Assembly (NCBI GenBank): GCA_028865345.1
Contig: JAGWKL010000005.1
Location: 21,577 to 85,576, forward strand
DNA: 64,000 nt
From: Candidatus Omnitrophota bacterium
GTDB lineage: Bacteria > Omnitrophota > Gorgyraeia > Zapsychrales > Fredricksoniimonadaceae
Direction of reading: 5' to 3'
The translations under genes and the position numbers were made by a program. Shown here piece by piece: positions 48,879 through 57,883 of the stretch (position 1 is the first letter of the stretch; every line of letters starts with the position of its first letter). The notes below the pieces were generated by a model. It saw only the letters and a list, made by a program, of their open reading frames with translations, did not search any database and was not told the DNA's origin.

Positions 48879-49852
48879 AAAAGTACAATGTAGCGATCTT
48901 AGGCATTCGCGGGGCCGTGGGCCAATGCATGTATTCCATTGTCAAGGAACGTAAATTCCCTGTCAATAAACTGGTGTTGATCTCACCCAGCGGCGCCGGC
49001 GGAGAATTGGAAGGCCATAGGTACGTGCCGCTGACCAAGGATGTTTTCAACGGGATCGACATTGTTTTGTCCTCACCGGGCGCTGAAATTTCCAAAGAAT
49101 GGGCGCCCCTCGCGGCCAGGGCTGGGGCGGTTGTCATCGATAACACCTCGCAATTCCGCATGGACGAGGACGTGCCTTTGGTCGTGCCGGAAGTCAACCC
49201 CGAAGACATCCAGAAGCACAAGGGCATTATCGCCAATCCTAATTGTTCGACGATACAGATGCTGGTTGCCTTAAAGCCTTTGCATGATTTTGCCCGTATC
49301 AAGCGCATTGTGGTTTCCACCTACCAGGCCGTTTCCGGCGCCGGGGCCGAGGCCGTGGCTGAACTGGAAGACCAGTTGCAGGGCAAAAAGACCGCCAAAA
49401 AGTTTCCCCATCAGATCGCGCATAACCTGATCCCGCAGATCGACGTGTTTTGCGACAATTTTTATACCAAGGAAGAAATGAAGATGGTCAACGAGACCCG
49501 TAAAATCTTCCATGACCCCGCGATCCAGATTTGTCCCACCTGTGTGCGGGTCCCGGTCAAAAACGGGCATTCGGAATCCGTCAATATCGAGACTGAGAAA
49601 AAGATCACCCGCGGCCGGGCGATCGAAATTCTGAGCAGGGCGCCGGGTGTCAAGGTCGTCGATGATGTCGCGTCATCCGTGTACCCGCTGCCTATCCTCG
49701 CCGACGGGCAAGATGAGACCTTTGTGGGCCGCATCCGCGAAGACATTTCAATTGCCAACGGGCTGAACCTGTGGGTGGTTTCCGATAATCTGCGCAAAGG
49801 CGCCGCCCTCAATGCCGTCCAGATCGCGGAAATCCTCATCAAGAACAAATGA
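48875..49852 (+). CDS. asd: Aspartate-semialdehyde dehydrogenase
   Basis: IANPNCSTIQ, YQAVSGAG, CVRVPV, DNLRKGAA. Confidence 0.97.
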   Translation: MKKYNVAILGIRGAVGQCMYSIVKERKFPVNKLVLISPSGAGGELEGHRYVPLTKDVFNGIDIVLSSPGAEISKEWAPLAARAGAVVIDNTSQFRMDEDVPLVVPEVNPEDIQKHKGIIANPNCSTIQMLVALKPLHDFARIKRIVVSTYQAVSGAGAEAVAELEDQLQGKKTAKKFPHQIAHNLIPQIDVFCDNFYTKEEMKMVNETRKIFHDPAIQICPTCVRVPVKNGHSESVNIETEKKITRGRAIEILSRAPGVKVVDDVASSVYPLPILADGQDETFVGRIREDISIANGLNLWVVSDNLRKGAALNAVQIAEILIKNK

Positions 49853-50514
49853 AAACGTTTTGTATAGGCGATATCCATGGGGCCTATCACGCCTTGCTCC
49901 AATGTTTGGAGCGCTCCCGATTCGACAGGAAAAATGACCGGCTGATCTGTTTAGGGGATGTCTGCGACCGGGGAGTACAGGTCAGGGAATGCATGGATGT
50001 GCTTCTGGGCATCCCCCATTGCATTTATATCTTGGGCAACCATGATGTCTGGGCCCTGGAATGGGCTCGGGAAGGCAAGAAGCCCCGGGAATGGTGGGAC
50101 CAGGGCGGCGCCCGGACGTATGCCTCTTATGGCGGGGCGGGAATGCCCGAGGACCATGTCCGTTTCTTGAGCAAAGGCTTGTTTTACTATGTGGACCGAA
50201 ACAGGCTGTTCGTCCATGGCGGTTTTGATCCCCAATCGCCTTTGGAAGAAACCTCCCGGGAGATTTTTATTTGGGACAGGAGCTTGTTGGAAAAAGCGCG
50301 GCTGACCCACTCTGTTTCACCCGGCTATAAATTCGGGGAATTTGACGAGATCTTTGTCGGGCATACCCCGACGCTGAATTTCGGCAGGACAACCCCAAGC
50401 CAATTTTGTAATATCTGGGCCCTGGACACCGGCGCCGGATGGGGCGGCAGGCTATCCATCATGGACGCGGACACCAAGGAATACTGGCAGTCAGACCCCG
50501 TTGAGGCCTTTTGA
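49849..50514 (+). CDS. Metallophosphoesterase (Ser/Thr phosphatase-like)
   Basis: GDIHG, GDVCDRG, GNHD, VHGG, GHT, DTG. Confidence 0.92.
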   Translation: MKTFCIGDIHGAYHALLQCLERSRFDRKNDRLICLGDVCDRGVQVRECMDVLLGIPHCIYILGNHDVWALEWAREGKKPREWWDQGGARTYASYGGAGMPEDHVRFLSKGLFYYVDRNRLFVHGGFDPQSPLEETSREIFIWDRSLLEKARLTHSVSPGYKFGEFDEIFVGHTPTLNFGRTTPSQFCNIWALDTGAGWGGRLSIMDADTKEYWQSDPVEAF

Positions 50515-50520
50515 CCTTTT

Positions 50521-51264
50521 ATGCGCAATTTCAAAATCACTCTTGAATACGACGGTGCTTCTTTTTGCGGATGGCAGTCCCAGGGCCAGGGGGAACGCAC
50601 AGTCCAGGATGAATTGGAGGGCGTTTTTCTAAAGATTTTTAAAAAGCCCGTCAAGGCTGTGGCGTCGGGGCGCACGGACAGCGGGGTGCATGCCCGGGGG
50701 CAGGTCGTCTCCTTCAAGGCCTCCACCCGCATGAAGGCTTTGGAGATCAAGCGCGCCTTAAACGGGCACCTGCCGCCGGACATTGCCGTGCATGAGGCCC
50801 TGGAAGTCGAAGAGGGTTTCCATGCGCAATATAGCGTCAAAGAAAAAACCTACCGCTATACGATTCTCAACCGCCCATGGCGTTCGGCGTTTTTAAGGGA
50901 CCGTGCTCTTTTTTATCCGTACCCCTTGAACATGTCCCGCATGCGCAAGGCGGCAGGGTATTTGATCGGGCGGCATGATTTTAAAACGTTCCAAGCGCAT
51001 GACCCTGAGAGATCGGAACGCCGGACCGTGCGCACCATTAAGAACATCGTGATTAAGAGGGACGGGGAGCTCATCCACGTCGATATGACCGCCGACGGTT
51101 TTCTTTATAAAATGGTGCGCAACATCGCAGGGACGCTTTTGGCTGTAGGTTCCGGACACCTTGCGCCAAAGGAGATGCCCGGAATATTGAAGGCCAGGGA
51201 CCGCAAGAAGGCCCGGGACACGGCGCCTGCCCACGGCCTTTGCCTGATGAGAGTCCAATATTGA
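50521..51264 (+). CDS. truA: tRNA pseudouridine(38-40) synthase
   Basis: YDG, GRTDSGVHARGQ, FLYKMVR, TAPAHGL. Confidence 0.97.
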   Translation: MRNFKITLEYDGASFCGWQSQGQGERTVQDELEGVFLKIFKKPVKAVASGRTDSGVHARGQVVSFKASTRMKALEIKRALNGHLPPDIAVHEALEVEEGFHAQYSVKEKTYRYTILNRPWRSAFLRDRALFYPYPLNMSRMRKAAGYLIGRHDFKTFQAHDPERSERRTVRTIKNIVIKRDGELIHVDMTADGFLYKMVRNIAGTLLAVGSGHLAPKEMPGILKARDRKKARDTAPAHGLCLMRVQY

Positions 51265-51368
51265 TTTTTTGCCCCTGCCGCGAGGGACTGGCAAAAAGGA
51301 CATAAAACATGGTATTCTTAGGATAGTTGCATGTGGACTAATGGGGGCCTTCCTAAGGAGGTGTAATA

Positions 51369-51512
51369 ATGATTTCCAAGTTGATTAAGGGAACCAAAAA
51401 AAACACATTGGTGCGCATAAGGACATTCAGGGTTTTTGGGAAAAGAAACACATTAAAGGTTTTGCAGCGGATGAAGTTTTTTGTTGTGCGGGCAGCCGGG
51501 TTGGTTTGCTAG
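51369..51512 (+). CDS. Small basic ORF, 47 aa (not in ORF track)
   Basis: Perfect SD TAAGGAGGTG 5 nt upstream; MISKLIKGTKKNTLVRIRTFRVFGKRNTLKVLQRMKFFVVRAAGLVC. Confidence 0.55.
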   Translation: MISKLIKGTKKNTLVRIRTFRVFGKRNTLKVLQRMKFFVVRAAGLVC

Positions 51513-51568
51513 GGTTGCCTTTTTCTGGAAACATCCATCCTTTTTTCGCCTTAAAATATTAAAAATAT

Positions 51569-51596
51569 TTGACTTTTGGCGCAAAGATGTTATATT
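51569..51596 (+). promoter_or_regulatory. Putative rplM-rpsI promoter
   Basis: TTGACT, 16-bp spacer, extended TGtTATATT. Confidence 0.6.
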
Positions 51597-51652
51597 TCTA
51601 ATTCTATTTCTCACGTGACAGAGCTTAGTGGAATTATTGGGAAGAGGATTTT

Positions 51653-52081
51653 ATGAAAACGTATTTACCGAAGGCCGATGAACTCGAACATAAGTGCTAT
51701 GTGATCGACGCCAAAGACAAGATCTTAGGAAAGGTCGCGGCCAAGGCAGCTTCCGTGCTGCGCGGCAAACACAAGAGGATCTATACGCCGTTTTTGGATA
51801 CCGGGGACACGGTGGTCATCATCAATGCCGACAAGATCAAGGTGACCGGTAAGAAATTGACGGACAAGGTCTACAGCCGTTATACCGGTTATCCCAGCGG
51901 TTTCAGGGAAATGACCTTAGGGGTCATGCTGGCCAAGCGCCCTGCGAAGGTCCTGGAGCTGGCGGTTTCCCGTATGTTTCCCAGCGGCGCCCTGGCTTAC
52001 AAGCAAACATCCCGCTTAAAAGTTTATGCGGGGGACAAACATCCGCATGCGGCCCAGAAGCCCATTGCCTTGGAAGTTTAA
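51653..52081 (+). CDS. rplM: 50S ribosomal protein L13
   Basis: LRGKHK..YTP..DTGD.VVIINA, LKVYAG..HPH.AQKP. Confidence 0.98.
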   Translation: MKTYLPKADELEHKCYVIDAKDKILGKVAAKAASVLRGKHKRIYTPFLDTGDTVVIINADKIKVTGKKLTDKVYSRYTGYPSGFREMTLGVMLAKRPAKVLELAVSRMFPSGALAYKQTSRLKVYAGDKHPHAAQKPIALEV

Positions 52082-52095
52082 TTGAGGAGAGTTTC

Positions 52096-52491
52096 ATGGT
52101 CGAAGTTGTCAAATATGCAGGTACAGGACGCCGTAAAAGCTCGGTGGCCCGGGTGGTTTTGACCCCAGGGTCCGGCAAGATCACGGTCAATAAGCGTGAG
52201 TTCATGAACTATTTCCCGCGTGAAACGGACCGCATTTCCATCATGCATCCTTTAAAGCTGGTGAATTTGGAAAACAAATTTGATGTTTCCGTGCGTGTCA
52301 CCGGCGGCGGTTCCACCGGCCAGGCGGGCGCCTTTAAATTAGGCCTGTCCCGTGCCATCATTTCCTGCGATCCCAACACCCGCAGTGTCTTAAAGAAGGC
52401 CAGCTGCCTGACCCGTGACGACAGAATGAAAGAAAGAAAGAAACCCGGTCAAAAGGGAGCGCGCCGTAAATTCCAGTGGGTCAAACGTTAA
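52096..52491 (+). CDS. rpsI: 30S ribosomal protein S9
   Basis: GTGRRKSSVARV, GGGSTGQAGA, ERKKPG...QWVKR. Confidence 0.98.
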   Translation: MVEVVKYAGTGRRKSSVARVVLTPGSGKITVNKREFMNYFPRETDRISIMHPLKLVNLENKFDVSVRVTGGGSTGQAGAFKLGLSRAIISCDPNTRSVLKKASCLTRDDRMKERKKPGQKGARRKFQWVKR

Positions 52492-52514
52492 CGACGATCA
52501 AAATATAAAGAAAT

Positions 52515-52563
52515 AAAGCCCATCTCCCTTTGAATATCATTGACGAGATGGGCTTTTTTATTT
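52515..52563 (+). terminator. Rho-independent terminator after rpsI
   Basis: AAAGCCCATCTC...GAGATGGGCTTT followed by a T-rich run. Confidence 0.8.
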
Positions 52564-52609
52564 ATTATAAACGGATTCATCAAAAGGCTTGTTTGCCGAC
52601 GAGGACCAT

Positions 52610-53659
52610 ATGTACGAAAAAGAGCTGGAATATCCGGTTAAGACCGTTCGTGCCGGTGTTTGGGGTGTCAGCGGATATACCGGCCGCGAAGTTTTTTCGC
52701 TGCTTTTGAAACACCGGGGCGTGAGGGTGACCTATGTGGCCGCCAACAACACCCAAGGGCCTTTGCCTGAAATTTTTCAGGAATTCCTGAACCGTACGAC
52801 CCTGGTTTGCCGCCCATTCAGCGTCAAGAAAACCGCGAAAAGGTGTGACGTGGTTTTCTTGGCCTTGCCGCACACTCAGTCCATGGCGGTGGTGCCGAAG
52901 TTATTAAAAGCGGGCTTAAAGGTCATTGACTTAAGCGCAGACTACAGGCTTAAAAGCCCCGAGGTTTATGAACAGTGGTATGGGCACAAACATGACGATA
53001 TAAGGAATCTAAGCAAGGCCGTTTACGGTCTGCCGGAGTTGTTTCGTCAGAAAATAAAAGGGGCCGTCTTTGTGGCCAATCCGGGCTGCTACCCTACGGC
53101 GGCCGTTTTGGGGCTGGCGCCGTTGATCGCCACTGCCAAGGACATTTTGTCCATCGTCGTGGACGCCAAATCAGGGGTTTCCGGCGCCGGACGTAAGGCC
53201 GCGGTGGAAAAGCTTTTCGGCGAGGTCAGTGAAAACTTCAAGGCGTATAAAGTGTTGAGCCATCAGCACGCGCCGGAAATCGAGCAATATTGTTCTCAAT
53301 TGGCCGGCAGGGAAACACCCATTCATTTTGTGGCGCACCTGCTTCCCATCACGCGGGGCATTTTAAATACGATGTATGTGCATTTAAAAGAGGGCATTGC
53401 TTTAAATCAACTGTACAATCTTTATAAGAAATTTTATAAGATCGAGCCTTTTGTGCGCGTCCATCCGTTGGGAAGCCAGCCGGAGGTCAAGAGTGTGGCC
53501 AATACCAATTTCTGCGATATCGGTTTGGCGGTAAGCCCAGACAAGAAGATGGTGGTCATTACGTCGGCCATTGATAATTTGGTCAAAGGCGCCGCCGGAC
53601 AGGCGGTACAAAACATGAATTTGATGCTGGGATTTAATGAAACTGAAGGATTGTTATGA
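52610..53659 (+). CDS. argC: N-acetyl-gamma-glutamyl-phosphate reductase
   Basis: GVSGYTG, DLSADYRL, ANPGCYPT, SGVSGAG, DNLVKGAAGQA. Confidence 0.97.
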   Translation: MYEKELEYPVKTVRAGVWGVSGYTGREVFSLLLKHRGVRVTYVAANNTQGPLPEIFQEFLNRTTLVCRPFSVKKTAKRCDVVFLALPHTQSMAVVPKLLKAGLKVIDLSADYRLKSPEVYEQWYGHKHDDIRNLSKAVYGLPELFRQKIKGAVFVANPGCYPTAAVLGLAPLIATAKDILSIVVDAKSGVSGAGRKAAVEKLFGEVSENFKAYKVLSHQHAPEIEQYCSQLAGRETPIHFVAHLLPITRGILNTMYVHLKEGIALNQLYNLYKKFYKIEPFVRVHPLGSQPEVKSVANTNFCDIGLAVSPDKKMVVITSAIDNLVKGAAGQAVQNMNLMLGFNETEGLL

Positions 53660-53721
53660 AGATGACTCGAGGCGGGGTAACGGCAGCTAAAGGGTTTTTG
53701 GCCAACGGGGTATCGGCAGGC
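53656..53721 (+). pseudogene. Orphan 5' stub of argJ (22 codons); ORF reads through the element to TAA at 53775
   Basis: MKMTRGGVTAAKGFLANGVSAG vs functional MKIIKGGVCTPKGFLANGVSSG (15/22 aa); ATGA overlap with argC stop. Confidence 0.9.
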
Positions 53722-53761
53722 AATATTCCCTATTGCTTCGAATTCGTAAGGGGTTCTGCAT
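53722..53761 (+). repeat. Junction element copy 6
   Basis: AATATTCCCTATTGCTTCGAATTCGTAAGGGGTTCTGCAT; palindrome CGAATTCG. Confidence 0.85.
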
Positions 53762-54904
53762 ATGAAAATTATTAAGGGCGGAGTTTGTACTCCTAAAGGT
53801 TTCTTGGCCAATGGTGTGTCATCAGGTATCAAACGGTCAGGGAAGCTGGATTTAGGCGTCATTGTTTCCGAAGTGCCCGCTGTTGTGGCCGGGGTGTTTA
53901 CCAAAAGTTCCATCAAGGCAGCGCCTCTCATCGTCAGCATGAAGCATATCAAAAAAGGCTCTGGAAGGGCGGTGGTGGCCAATTCCGGCAACGCCAATTG
54001 TTTTACCGGTCCCGCCGGGTTAAGGTATGCGCAGGGAACGGCGGAAGCGGTGGCCGGGTTTCTTGGCGTCGGACCCGCGGATGTTTTGGTGACATCCACA
54101 GGGATCATTGGTAAGACCCTGCCTTACAATAAGATCATCGACGCGCTGCCGGCTTTGCTCAAGGGTGTCGGCTCCAAAGGCGGCGGTAATTTCGCCAGGG
54201 CCATCATGACGACGGATTTGAAGGTCAAGGAATGCGCTGTTTCGCTTGTGATCGGAGGCAAAAAAGTCTCCGTCGGCGGCTGCGCCAAAGGTTCCGGGAT
54301 GATCGAACCCAATATGGCCACCATGCTCGGGTTTATCACTACGGACGCATCGATCTCTTTAAAGATGTTGAAGCTGGCTTTAAAGCGCGCCACGGAGCGT
54401 TCGTTCAACAGCATTACCGTCGATGGGTGCATGAGCACCAATGATATGGTCACCGTGCAGGCCAATGGGCTGGCCGCCAACACAAAAATCACGGCACAAG
54501 GGGCTGATTTCAAGAAGTTTTACGGGGCGCTCGAATTTGTCTGCGTCGATTTGGCCAAGCAGATCGTACTCGACGGGGAAGGCGCCACCAAATTTATAGC
54601 GGTCCATGTCAAGGGCGCGGCGGATGGTCCCCAAGCCCGTACAATAGCCAAAACCATCGCCAATTCACCCTTAGTCAAGACTGCGGCTTTCGGCAGCAAC
54701 CCTAATTGGGGGCGGGTGGCTGCGGCCGTGGGTTCCTTGGGGATCGCCCGGATCAACGAGAACAGCGTGAAGATCACTTTTTCCCCCTTTGACAAAAAGG
54801 AAATCAGCATTGGCGTCGAACTTTCGTTGGGACGTGCCGAAGCCACGGTTTACACCTGCGATCTTTCGCTCGAGTATGTGCGGATCAACGGGGAGTACAA
54901 TTGA
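53762..54904 (+). CDS. argJ: Bifunctional ornithine acetyltransferase ArgJ
   Basis: NSGNANC, STGIIG, KGSGMIEPNMATML, STND, DGEGATK, NWGR. Confidence 0.97.
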   Translation: MKIIKGGVCTPKGFLANGVSSGIKRSGKLDLGVIVSEVPAVVAGVFTKSSIKAAPLIVSMKHIKKGSGRAVVANSGNANCFTGPAGLRYAQGTAEAVAGFLGVGPADVLVTSTGIIGKTLPYNKIIDALPALLKGVGSKGGGNFARAIMTTDLKVKECAVSLVIGGKKVSVGGCAKGSGMIEPNMATMLGFITTDASISLKMLKLALKRATERSFNSITVDGCMSTNDMVTVQANGLAANTKITAQGADFKKFYGALEFVCVDLAKQIVLDGEGATKFIAVHVKGAADGPQARTIAKTIANSPLVKTAAFGSNPNWGRVAAAVGSLGIARINENSVKITFSPFDKKEISIGVELSLGRAEATVYTCDLSLEYVRINGEYN

Positions 54905-55761
54905 TGGAACAGATCGTTAAAAAAGCTTCAATTTTGATCGAAGCTATTCCCTATATCAATGCGTTTCGCCGCAAGATTTTTGTCATTAAATACGGCGGCA
55001 GCATTTTGGACGATCCCAAGATCCGGCATAACGTTTTGCAGGACATTGTGTTTTTAAGCTATGTTGGCATCCGCATCATCATTGTGCACGGCGGGGGACC
55101 GCACATTTCGGCAAGGATGAAGGAAAAGGGCCTGAAGAACGAATTTGTCGACGGTATCCGGGTCACCGACAAAGAGACCTTGGGAATCGTGGGTGAAGAA
55201 CTGGAGAAGCTCAACCATCAGATCGTTGCCCAGATCAAGACCCTCAAAGGGGATGTCACCGGGCTTCAGGGCCAGGAGAACATTATTTTCGTCAAAAAGA
55301 AGAAAGCAGCCAAGGACCTGGGGTTCGTGGGGACGATCACGTCCGTCAATCGCGAGCACCTGGAGTCCCATTTAGCCCAAGGCCAGATCACCGTGGTCTC
55401 GCCGATGGGCATGACGACGGACAAGGTGCCGCACAACGTCAATGCCGATGAAGTGGCTTCCGCCATTGCCAATTCCATGAAGGCGGAAAAACTGGTTCTG
55501 CTGACAGATGTGCCGGGTGTGATGCGCGACCTGAAGGACATGGGCACCTTGATGTCCACCCTGACCCTGGCCCAGGTCGATGATCTGATCAAAAGCGGAG
55601 TTATCGTGGGAGGGATGATCCCCAAGGTCACTTCCTGTGTGGAGGCGCTCAAAGGCGGCGGGGTCAACAAGACCCACATCATCGATGCCCGCATGCCGCA
55701 TGCATTGTTATTGGAGTTCTTTACCGACCAAGGGGTGGGTACACAGATCATTAAATCATGA
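54904..55761 (+). CDS. argB: Acetylglutamate kinase
   Basis: IKYGGS, VHGGGP, NVNAD, GGMIPKV. Confidence 0.97.
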   Translation: MEQIVKKASILIEAIPYINAFRRKIFVIKYGGSILDDPKIRHNVLQDIVFLSYVGIRIIIVHGGGPHISARMKEKGLKNEFVDGIRVTDKETLGIVGEELEKLNHQIVAQIKTLKGDVTGLQGQENIIFVKKKKAAKDLGFVGTITSVNREHLESHLAQGQITVVSPMGMTTDKVPHNVNADEVASAIANSMKAEKLVLLTDVPGVMRDLKDMGTLMSTLTLAQVDDLIKSGVIVGGMIPKVTSCVEALKGGGVNKTHIIDARMPHALLLEFFTDQGVGTQIIKS

Positions 55762-56963
55762 AAACCGACGAAATTTTTCAAGAGTATAACGAGCACATCC
55801 TTGCGACATACACCCGCATGCCGGCGGTCTTTGTCAAGGGCAAGGGCTCTGTGCTCACGGACATCCACGGCAAGAAATATTTGGATTTCTTCCCGGGCTG
55901 GGGGGTCAGCAATTTGGGTCATTGCCATCCCAAGGTCATGGGCGCGGTGCGCGAGCAAATAGGGAAATTGATCCATGTTCCGAACAACCTGTACAATCCG
56001 CACCAGGCTAAATTGGCCAGGGAGCTTGTTCGTATTGCTTTTGAAGGCAAGATCTTTTTTTGCAACAGCGGCACGGAAGCCATGGAAGCGGCCCTTAAAT
56101 TCGCCAGGATGTACGGCCGGGGGCAAAAATATGAGATCATCACGACGCTGAATGCTTTTCACGGCCGCACCATGGGGGCCTTGACGGCCACGGGCCAGGA
56201 AAAACACCAAAAAGGTTTCGGGCCTTTGGTGCCGGGGTTCAAGCATGTGCCTTTCAATGACCTGGACGCCATGAAATCAGCGGTCAATGACCGTACTGCG
56301 GCCATTGTCCTGGAGCTGGTACAGGGCGAGGGCGGCATCAACGTTGCGGACAAGGACTACGTGGCGGCGATACGGCGGATCTGCGATGAGAAGGGGATTT
56401 TGTTGATACTGGATGAAGTGCAGACCGGCATGGCGCGCACGGGAGAGATTTTTGCTTTCAAACATTTTTGTATTACGCCGGACGTGATGTGTATCGCCAA
56501 GGCGTTGGGCGGCGGCCTGCCCATCGGCGCCATGATCGTCAGGAAAGAATTGGCAGATATTTTTAAACCAGGCATGCACGGCTCCACCTTTGCCGGCAGT
56601 CCTCTGGTATGCAAGGCCGCTTTAGGAGTGATCAAGGCGATTTATGCCGAAAAGATCATGAAGAATGTCAAGGCCCAGGGGCCGTATCTCTTGAGTAAGT
56701 TGAATGAGTTGAAATCCAAATACGGCATCATTAAAGAAGTGCGCGGTTTGGGGCTGATGATCGGGATGGAATTGACCGTTGAAGGCACGCCTATCTTTAA
56801 GGAATGTTTCAACCGCGCCTTGATCATCAACTGCACGCAGGGCAATGTGCTGCGCATTATGCCGGCACTGAACGTGACCCGGCGTCAGATCAACAGGGCC
56901 ATCCATATTTTGGATGGAGCCTTGGCCACGGTCGCCGGACAACCGCAAAAGGCTGTTTTATGA
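55758..56963 (+). CDS. argD: Acetylornithine aminotransferase
   Basis: FCNSGTEA, FHGRT, QGEGG, DEVQTG, AKALGGG. Confidence 0.95.
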   Translation: MKTDEIFQEYNEHILATYTRMPAVFVKGKGSVLTDIHGKKYLDFFPGWGVSNLGHCHPKVMGAVREQIGKLIHVPNNLYNPHQAKLARELVRIAFEGKIFFCNSGTEAMEAALKFARMYGRGQKYEIITTLNAFHGRTMGALTATGQEKHQKGFGPLVPGFKHVPFNDLDAMKSAVNDRTAAIVLELVQGEGGINVADKDYVAAIRRICDEKGILLILDEVQTGMARTGEIFAFKHFCITPDVMCIAKALGGGLPIGAMIVRKELADIFKPGMHGSTFAGSPLVCKAALGVIKAIYAEKIMKNVKAQGPYLLSKLNELKSKYGIIKEVRGLGLMIGMELTVEGTPIFKECFNRALIINCTQGNVLRIMPALNVTRRQINRAIHILDGALATVAGQPQKAVL

Positions 56964-57883
56964 AACGGGACTTTATCAAATTATCGGATTATTCCGGGGT
57001 TGAAATTCTGGGCCTGGTGGGTTGTGCGGACCGGCTCAAAAGGCAAAAGGGAAAACTACGCGCGGATTTAAAGGGAAAATCTGTGGCCCTGGTGTTCCAG
57101 AAGCCGTCCAACCGCACGAGGGTCTCTTTTGAAGTCGGCGTTTATGAACTGGGAGGTCACTGCCTTTATTTGGGGCCGGAAGAGATCAATTTAGGCAAAC
57201 GCGAATCCACGCCTGACGTGGCCAAGACTTTGTCGCGTTATGTGCATTGTATCGTGGCGCGGGTCTATGACAATAAAGACATTGTCGAACTGGCCCGGTA
57301 TGCGGATGTCCCGGTCATTAACGCTTTGTGCGATCTCTATCATCCCTGTCAGGCGCTGGCGGACATCCAAACCATCCGTGAGCGGTTCGGAAAATTTAAA
57401 GGCCTGACCCTGGCCTATGTGGGCGACGGAAACAACGTGTTCCATTCCTTGATGGTGGCCTGCGCCTTGGTGGGGATCAATGTGCGTTTTGCCGGGCCTA
57501 AAGGTTATGATCCCGATCCCGAAATCGTGCGTCACGCGGCAGGTCTGGCCCGGCGGAACAAATGCACCATTGAGTTGGGCAGGAGGCCCCAGGAAGCTGT
57601 CAAAGCTGCGGATGTGATTTATTCGGACGTCTGGGTCAGCATGGGACAGGAAAAAGAGACGGCCCGCCGCGTCAGGGAATTCAGGGGTTACCAGATCAAC
57701 GCCGGCCTTTTGCAGGCGGCCCATAAAGATTATATTTTTATGCACTGCCTGCCCGCGCACCGTGGCCTGGAAGTGACGGCCGACATCATCGACGGCAAAC
57801 ACTCGGTGATCTTCGACCAGGCCGAGAACCGCCTGCATGCGCAGAAAGCAGTTCTTTTAAAATTGTTAGAAAGGTCATTATGA
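56960..57883 (+). CDS. argF: Ornithine carbamoyltransferase
   Basis: SNRTR, HPCQ, SMGQE, HCLP, QAENR. Confidence 0.96.
   Translation: MKRDFIKLSDYSGVEILGLVGCADRLKRQKGKLRADLKGKSVALVFQKPSNRTRVSFEVGVYELGGHCLYLGPEEINLGKRESTPDVAKTLSRYVHCIVARVYDNKDIVELARYADVPVINALCDLYHPCQALADIQTIRERFGKFKGLTLAYVGDGNNVFHSLMVACALVGINVRFAGPKGYDPDPEIVRHAAGLARRNKCTIELGRRPQEAVKAADVIYSDVWVSMGQEKETARRVREFRGYQINAGLLQAAHKDYIFMHCLPAHRGLEVTADIIDGKHSVIFDQAENRLHAQKAVLLKLLERSL

Noticed and set aside
51410-51437. dif site: GGTGCGCATAA matches the E. coli XerC arm
   Set aside because: The XerD arm position reads TCAGGGTTTTT, not TTATGTTAAAT, and it lies inside a likely small ORF.
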